NCBI RefSeq assembly: GCF_037902255.1
Contig: NZ_CP147990.1
Location: 1,590,001 to 1,622,000, forward strand
DNA from: Candidatus Electrothrix sp. GW3-4
GTDB taxonomy: Bacteria; Desulfobacterota; Desulfobulbia; Desulfobulbales; Desulfobulbaceae
Direction: 5' to 3'
DNA: 32,000 bases
Below the pieces are notes generated by a model, which was given only the letters and a program-made list of their open reading frames with translations, made no database searches and was not told the origin of the DNA. Every line of letters begins with the position of its first letter. The stretch's first letter is position 1. Shown here in pieces: positions 26,966 to 32,000 of the stretch. Position numbers and translations under genes: made by a program.

Positions 26966-27770
26966 CGACTTGCAACATCTCCATGAGATCAGCAGAATCA
27001 TCGGAGTGTGTCGCCTCTAAAAATTTTTTTTTCAACTTCATAACTTTTTCACCTGGAACACCCACATTTCCTACGCAAAGTATAGGCAATGGAATGGGCT
27101 GTGACTTAGCCAGCGGATGAACAATTTGTAAGATATGGGGATTGATTTCTCCGATTTTTTGTAAATTATTTTCGGAAACCAAGGCTACATCCACCTGCCG
27201 CATAGCCAAGGCAAACAGGGCATCTGAATCCTTTGGTGTTGTAATAATGTTTAATGCATTTGCTGTGATCTTAAATTGATTAAAAATAATACGGTCCAGC
27301 ACATCAGGGGCGTTGTTGCCCATGGTCGTCATGGCGAGGGTTTTATTGCGCAGACCCTGTAAAGTGAGTTGCGAGTCTTTGGCTGTCAGCAGAACCTTGT
27401 GATATGTTGCCTGTCCCTTACGTACAGGTTGCAGAAGTGGCTGTAGCCCATTTTTTTTATTTTGCCGAAAATACCACTCTGGAAGAAAAACAAATGCAGG
27501 AGAGGTTTTCATCATTTCACGATGAAAATCATGGTATTTGGCAAAGGGTTGAAAAGTGAGGGTAAAAGCGTTTTTTTGCAGAAAACGTTCCATCTCCTGC
27601 TTCAGGCGAACGAGATTGCTTTGTGAGGAGTCGGGATTGAAGTAGTAAAATTTTTTATTGTCATTTTGGGTAGCGTGACCGATACGAGGTATGCATGTTG
27701 CGCCACATAATATAATGAGCAATACTCTGATGATGATAATAATGTCTGTCTTGAAAGATATATTTTTCAC
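26940..27770 (-). CDS. PhnD-like (phosphonate-binding-fold) periplasmic binding protein
   Basis: The start codon is GTG. An N-terminal hydrophobic signal is present. The pattern FQPFAKYHDFHREMMKTSPAFVFLP...YHKVLLTAKDSQLTLQGLRNKTLAM...ALAMRQVDVALVS resembles PhnD-type binding proteins. The gene overlaps the next gene by 26 nt. Confidence 0.5.
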   Translation of the reverse strand: MKNISFKTDIIIIIRVLLIILCGATCIPRIGHATQNDNKKFYYFNPDSSQSNLVRLKQEMERFLQKNAFTLTFQPFAKYHDFHREMMKTSPAFVFLPEWYFRQNKKNGLQPLLQPVRKGQATYHKVLLTAKDSQLTLQGLRNKTLAMTTMGNNAPDVLDRIIFNQFKITANALNIITTPKDSDALFALAMRQVDVALVSENNLQKIGEINPHILQIVHPLAKSQPIPLPILCVGNVGVPGEKVMKLKKKFLEATHSDDSADLMEMLQVDAWHNYSR

Positions 27771-27989
27771 TCGGTCTTATGACGTGCGTTGGTAATCCTT
27801 TCAATACAAAGAGCGCAGAAAGAGGGAGAGCCAAGCCAGAGGATGCAAAGGATAATTAAAGAGAGGCTCGCCTTTCTTTTTTATAGGTCTACAATAGTTA
27901 TATTGAAAAAGCAAGAAACCGATGGCAAAAAAATAGATTTTTTTTCGCTAAAATGGGGTGATGCGTGGTTTTTCAAGAAGGGGCGGGGT

Positions 27990-28020
27990 GTCTTTTTCCT
28001 TCTGTACGAGGGAAAAAGAC
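27990..28020. promoter_or_regulatory. Perfect 10-bp inverted repeat in the long leader of the receptor/biosynthetic locus
   Basis: GTCTTTTTCC (27990-27999) is separated by an 11-nt spacer (TTCTGTACGAG) from GGAAAAAGAC (28011-28020). The repeat lies 220-250 nt upstream of the first gene's start at 27770. Confidence 0.4.
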
Positions 28021-28178
28021 AAAAGAGACGGCAAAGTCTTGCCGATTTGTGGACCTGTTTTTTTTCCAATTTTAACGCGTAGGGAAAAATTGATGGAAAA
28101 CGGGTGGAAATGCAGAGCAAAGGCTGTAAGAAAAGAAACTCATTGACTATGAGAGATTTCTCTTCTGCTGGGCGATAG

Positions 28179-28193
28179 TTTTTTTTGGGGGGG
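28179..28193. repeat. T8G7 compound homopolymer (C7A8 on the minus strand)
   Basis: Counted directly: gatag + 8 T + 7 G + caag. It is intergenic, lying 76 nt past the DUF2301-like stop codon and upstream of the receptor locus. Confidence 0.95.
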
Positions 28194-28268
28194 CAAGAAG
28201 ACAGCTATAAAATGACTGAAGCTGGGTTTGAATTGCTCAAAGCATTATGTTGCACCCCCATGATGTTG

Positions 28269-28835
28269 TTAGAGACCGTAAAGGCTTTTGTCGCCGATAT
28301 CAAAATGAAGGGGCATGCGCCACTTGGCAACACAAAGCCAGGTAAGAAGCAGGGCTGCCGGGAGCAGAAAGTAGGTCTCAGCAGAGGAGGACCCCAGCAG
28401 GCGGTTTAGGATCGAACCGCAGAGGAATAGGGGAACCAGAGGCAGCCCGATAATTCGAAAGCAGAAGGACTCTTTCAGGGCAAACATCCCCGCACCGACG
28501 TAAAACAAGGCCAAGCTCAGGTTGGCCAAGGTATCTGCGAGAGGAGTTGTCCCTTTAAGGGTATAGGCAAAGGCCAGAATGATAAAGCCGATCCAGCTCA
28601 CAAAAGGGAAAAACCATCTGAATTTTGGATCATAAAGATGCACGTCAGCGCTTGCCAGGGCAATGCCAGCGGCAAAGACAGGTAAATAAAAAGCGCCCAA
28701 TATCTGTACGCTGATGAGTTGCTCAATGCTGTAGATCAGGGCAGATACGGATGCAATAGTCAGGCCTGTTCGGTAGAGGGCAACAGTCATGTTATCCAGC
28801 GAATTCATTTCTGGAGTATGTTCGGGGGTAGCCAT
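28269..28835 (-). CDS. Small polytopic membrane protein (DUF2301-like by recollection)
   Basis: The protein is 188 aa with about 5-6 hydrophobic spans. It contains the motifs FALKESFCF and HFDIGDKS. No Shine-Dalgarno sequence is evident upstream (aaaaaaacaaaattATG). Confidence 0.5.
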   Translation of the reverse strand: MATPEHTPEMNSLDNMTVALYRTGLTIASVSALIYSIEQLISVQILGAFYLPVFAAGIALASADVHLYDPKFRWFFPFVSWIGFIILAFAYTLKGTTPLADTLANLSLALFYVGAGMFALKESFCFRIIGLPLVPLFLCGSILNRLLGSSSAETYFLLPAALLLTWLCVAKWRMPLHFDIGDKSLYGL

Positions 28836-29066
28836 AATTTTGTTTTTTTATATGAAAGAACCAACGACTCCTTGGAGTCGTTCGATCAACTTTCATGCTT
28901 TGTTGTCCCTCTCCAGAGGGGAGGGATGGGCGTTATATGAAAATAATTTGTTACTCTGTCTTCTTCAAAGAAGTATTTAACAGCGGGAAGCCTCCAGCCT
29001 ACCTTGCTTTGCTGCCAGCAATGAAATCATTCCAGGGGGAGAAAGTCAACAGATTTTACCGGATCA

Positions 29067-30860
29067 TTACTTCTCTGTAAATCCCCAGAAAGGGTAGTCG
29101 AGCTGATACGAGCCGATCAGGCCCGGCGTGTGTTCCCGGCTGGCCACCAACCAGAGTGCATTTTCGCGCTCCTCTGGCGGGGCATTACTAAAGGGATCCC
29201 ATTGCGGCAGCAGGACCATAGCGTTGTCTGCCGAGTACTCAATATCTCCAGACCCCTTAAAGGCCCCTAACTGGGGCTGTTTGTCATACTGCCCATCATC
29301 ACCGCGTGTCAGTTCGGAAATGACCAAGAAGGAGACATTCAGCTCATCGCGCAGGGCCTCAAGATGGCGGAGCCAGGCGTCTATACCGGTTCTGCGTTCT
29401 GAAAAATCCTTAAACGGCAGTTTATGCAGACTATCGATCACCACCATGGTGTACTCAGACTTACTTTCATGGCGAAGGAAATCAATATGGCTACGCATGA
29501 GCTTCGGATTGAGTTTACGATCGGTGACCACCCGGAGCCAAGGCAGCAGGTTTTGCAACTCCGCCTTGGCTGCTGCGAGTTGTTGTTGTTCCTGTCCCGT
29601 AAGATCATTGCTCTGGAGCTGATCAGCACGCAGCCTACTTAAACGACATAGGGTTCGCTGGTAGATTTTCTGGCGACCGTTTTCAAAATCATAATAGATA
29701 ACCGGGACCTTGCGCCGGGCCATTTCTGTTGCCACCTGGATAAAAAAGCAGGACTTTCCCGCCTTGGGCAGGCCACCCATGATATTGACCCCGTGCAGAC
29801 CACCAAGGGCCTTGTCCATTTTGCCAAAGCCTGAGACCATGGTCTGATAGTTTTCACCTTCTTGGAGATTGAGCTGTTCCTCAAAATGGAGAAATTCCCG
29901 TTCTGGTGAACTAAAGGGAGAAAAGGACTTTGCCTCTTGGATCAGTTTAAAGAATGCCTGCTGAAAGCCCTTGCCCTGTTCTTGAGCCAACTGGATCAAA
30001 TTGAACTGGCGTGGAGCAGTATCTGGCCAGCGGATCATCCTGATTTTGAAACCAATCCGGGTGGCAAGCTCACGGGCAGCGGAAATAGACTCCGGGCTAT
30101 GGTTGACGCAGAGAAAGACGGTATTGAGCCAGGCCAGTTGTTCCGTTGCCAGGTGAGCAAATTCACTGATAGCAGGCAGGGCAATGCCGGGTAGCCCCAT
30201 CTGCCGGACAGCAAGCAGGTTATCTTCGCCTTCTATGATCACCAGGCTGCCGTTCTCACAGCGTTGAATATCCTCCAGATTAAAAATTTGCAATCCGGGC
30301 TGGGCAAAGTCTTCATCGCCATGCCAAAAGCTGTCTTCGGGTTTGTCGGGATGGACACAGCGGGCTGCATAACAGTTGCCGTCTGCCTGAAGATAGGGGT
30401 AGACCAGGTAGCGCCCGTTGTAGCCGATCTTCATTTCCCGGAGGACAGCCCGAGAGACTCCTGATTGGGCAAAGCGCTCAATCAGGTCATCGGTCATCCT
30501 GTCCATGAAGTCTCGTACTTCATGGTTAATATTCTTGACCGGGTAATTGAGCTGACTGGCAGCGTAATCCCGGTCTGGATCAAAACCAGGGGCCAAGCTC
30601 AGGTCAAGATGTGCTTGGCGGGCAAAATAGAGCGGAAAACCACCGGGAGAGCAGCGATTGAGGCAGCGGTAATAGCCATGAAAATAGCTTTCTGGATTCA
30701 GAAAGACGACAAGGGCTTTTCCTCCCTTTTGCCGTTTTTTGTTTGATGACGCACCGGTCCGGGTGCAAAAAGGGCAGTCTGCTGTCAGGACCTTATTATG
30801 CAGCTTTGCTCCTGGGAGTTGGGTCAGATAGAAATCAGTTACCGGGTCAGTACGGTTCAT
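29067..30860 (-). CDS. Primase-helicase-like protein: C4 zinc ribbon, TOPRIM-like domain and RecA/DnaB-C-type ATPase
   Basis: The zinc-ribbon cysteines are C29/C32 (CPFC) and C66/C70 (CLNRC). The TOPRIM glutamate context is LVIIEGEDNLLAV (E210). Walker A is GGLPKAGKS (362-370) and Walker B is YTMVVIDSL (D476). The sequence FLVISELTRG is DnaB/RepA-like. An AAGGA sequence lies 10 nt upstream of the ATG. Confidence 0.7.
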   Translation of the reverse strand: MNRTDPVTDFYLTQLPGAKLHNKVLTADCPFCTRTGASSNKKRQKGGKALVVFLNPESYFHGYYRCLNRCSPGGFPLYFARQAHLDLSLAPGFDPDRDYAASQLNYPVKNINHEVRDFMDRMTDDLIERFAQSGVSRAVLREMKIGYNGRYLVYPYLQADGNCYAARCVHPDKPEDSFWHGDEDFAQPGLQIFNLEDIQRCENGSLVIIEGEDNLLAVRQMGLPGIALPAISEFAHLATEQLAWLNTVFLCVNHSPESISAARELATRIGFKIRMIRWPDTAPRQFNLIQLAQEQGKGFQQAFFKLIQEAKSFSPFSSPEREFLHFEEQLNLQEGENYQTMVSGFGKMDKALGGLHGVNIMGGLPKAGKSCFFIQVATEMARRKVPVIYYDFENGRQKIYQRTLCRLSRLRADQLQSNDLTGQEQQQLAAAKAELQNLLPWLRVVTDRKLNPKLMRSHIDFLRHESKSEYTMVVIDSLHKLPFKDFSERRTGIDAWLRHLEALRDELNVSFLVISELTRGDDGQYDKQPQLGAFKGSGDIEYSADNAMVLLPQWDPFSNAPPEERENALWLVASREHTPGLIGSYQLDYPFWGFTEK

Positions 30861-30875
30861 GGGTAATATCCTTGG

Positions 30876-31460
30876 TTACTCATCAATAAAGATTGAAGAT
30901 AATGCTATTTGGAGCTGATCAAACTGGATTGAGAGCAAGGTGTCATCACGGTCTAAAATCTGTGCTTTGCTGTATTGGCCGTCTTGCTCCAGGGTGTAGA
31001 GCATGGCGATTTTATCTATGGGATGCAACAGCCAGTACTCTGTTACACCGTGCTGTTCATAGAGAAAGCGTTTGACTTTGAGATCCTTGGCTGCGGTGGA
31101 GGGCGATAATATTTCAATCACCAGGTCCGGTGCTCCGACACAGCCACGCTCATCAAGCTTTTTCCGGTCACAGATGACAGAGATATCCGGTTGAACAACT
31201 GTGACGATCTCGGTATCTTCAGCTTCCTCCTTGTCAGGTAATCGGACGTCAAAGGGAGCTACATACACCTCACAGTTTTTTTCTTTGAAATAATCGAATA
31301 AGGCATAAAGAATTCTGGACAGCACAGCTTGATGAAGGCGCGAAGGGGCAGGGGACATAGCCCACACTTCTCCGTTGATCAGCTCCCAGCGTTCCTGATT
31401 ATCCCAGGAAATATAATCAGCATAACTGTATCTGGTCTGGGATTGCTGCGGTAATGCCAT
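30876..31460 (-). CDS. Uma2-family (DUF820) putative endonuclease
   Basis: I prefer the ATG at 31460, which has a GAGG 8 nt upstream. The family pattern is present: YSYADY...WELINGEV..MSPAPSRLHQ...VVQPDISVI...APDLVIEILSPSTAAKDLKVKRFLYEQHGVTEYWLLHP. Its stop codon is 15 nt from the next gene's ATG. Confidence 0.8.
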   Translation of the reverse strand: MALPQQSQTRYSYADYISWDNQERWELINGEVWAMSPAPSRLHQAVLSRILYALFDYFKEKNCEVYVAPFDVRLPDKEEAEDTEIVTVVQPDISVICDRKKLDERGCVGAPDLVIEILSPSTAAKDLKVKRFLYEQHGVTEYWLLHPIDKIAMLYTLEQDGQYSKAQILDRDDTLLSIQFDQLQIALSSIFIDE

Positions 31461-31653
31461 AACACGACCTCTGAGTTGGTATTTTGCTGGATTGTATCGG
31501 ATCGGTTGCCAAATCTGAGCGGGAAAGGTAGTATTGCCTTCGTACAAAGATGATAGATATTTTTTACTCTATTTTCTCAGGAAAAACAATGGAGCTGGTA
31601 TGGATTCGCCTAAGGAATCTTGTGCTAATCCGTGCAGTGCCAAACTGATTCCA

Positions 31654-32000
31654 ATGAAGATTATCTCATTTTCTCTTGCTCTTTTCTTCCTCATCTGCTT
31701 TTCTCCGGCTATTATTGTTCAAGCTGGGCGAAATAAGGTGAGTGAAGATATCAGCGGCGGACTTATTCGGGCAGCGCTGGAGCGCACCACCTATCTGGTC
31801 AGGTATGATGGCAGCTATCGCCAGCTTGCCTATCCCGGCGGGGATGTACCAGGGGATATCGGTGTCTGCACCGATGTGGTTATTCGCTCGTATCGTAAGG
31901 TCGGTATTGATTTGCAAAAAGAGGTCCATGAAGACATGCGGAAAAATTTTTTCCTCTATCCCAAAAAATGGGGGTTGGCTGGACCGGATAAGAATATCGA
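31654..32000 (+). CDS. DUF1287-family secreted protein, 3'-truncated by the window edge
   Basis: This ORF is absent from the track because it has no stop codon in the window. Hand translation in frame with the ATG at 31654 gives MKIISFSLALFFLICFSPAIIVQAGRNKVSEDISGGLIRAALERTTYLVRYDGSYRQLAYPGGDVPGDIGVCTDVVIRSYRKVGIDLQKEVHEDMRKNFFLYPKKWGLAGPDKNI. The YPGGDVP..GVCTDVVIR...VHEDM core is as I remember for DUF1287. Confidence 0.7.
   Translation, partial: MKIISFSLALFFLICFSPAIIVQAGRNKVSEDISGGLIRAALERTTYLVRYDGSYRQLAYPGGDVPGDIGVCTDVVIRSYRKVGIDLQKEVHEDMRKNFFLYPKKWGLAGPDKNI

Noticed and set aside
27886-27902. Fur-box-like palindrome CAATA-GTTA-TATTG upstream of the receptor locus
   Set aside because: By eye, only about half of the 19 positions match the classical Fur consensus GATAATGATAATCATTATC. 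That is too weak to call without a position-weight-matrix score.
27789-28146. Small ORFs in the leader region (97 aa and 62 aa on the plus strand, 79 aa on the minus strand)
   Set aside because: Their translations are dominated by K/F/R runs generated by A/T homopolymers. They have no RBS and overlap each other, so they are not credible genes.
27771-28268. Cobalamin or other riboswitch upstream of the TonB-dependent receptor operon
   Set aside because: I looked on the minus strand for the B12-box core and other familiar riboswitch cores and found none. Only generic hairpins are present.
31666-31929. 87-aa minus-strand ORF
   Set aside because: It is antisense to the better-supported DUF1287 reading frame, which runs off the window edge.
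1-32000. CRISPR arrays, tRNA/rRNA genes, IS elements, integrases, toxin-antitoxin pairs
   Set aside because: I scanned intergenic regions and ORF translations by eye and recognised no spaced direct repeats, cloverleaf-like sequences, transposase/integrase motifs or small paired ORFs. A computational scan would be needed to exclude small or degenerate elements.

Overview
This 32-kb window comes from a diderm (Gram-negative) bacterium, since it encodes outer-membrane proteins. All family calls rest on motif recognition in the supplied translations plus hand translation of two edge ORFs. No searches or alignments were run. I can support about 25 protein genes. I found no rRNA, tRNA, CRISPR array, transposase or integrase. 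The left part (1-15.5 kb) looks like G+C-rich core genome. It holds an edge-truncated membrane protein, an orphan nuoA plus fused nuoB::nuoC module, hflX, a Cys-rich/cNMP-binding/DUF4388 protein followed by an OMF-MFP-RND efflux operon, and acnA. From 27770 down to 15625, ten minus-strand genes run head-to-tail, and much of this stretch is visibly more A+T-rich. In order they are a PhnD-like and an ABC_sub_bind-type periplasmic binding protein, a TonB-dependent receptor, two overlapping citrate-synthase-fold paralogues, an O-methyltransferase, an SDR, a stand-alone condensation-fold acyltransferase carrying a C10 tract, a ThDP-dependent ALS-like enzyme, and a secreted phytase-like beta-propeller. 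By eye, both citrate-synthase-fold paralogues lack the canonical catalytic histidines. This locus is my best candidate for an undescribed small-molecule (possibly metallophore-type) biosynthesis and uptake system. The right edge (28.2-32 kb) holds a DUF2301-like membrane protein and a tightly linked Uma2-endonuclease plus Zn-ribbon/TOPRIM/RecA-like ATPase pair. That pair is a second candidate, either a defence module or a replication-module relic. A truncated DUF1287 gene closes the window.
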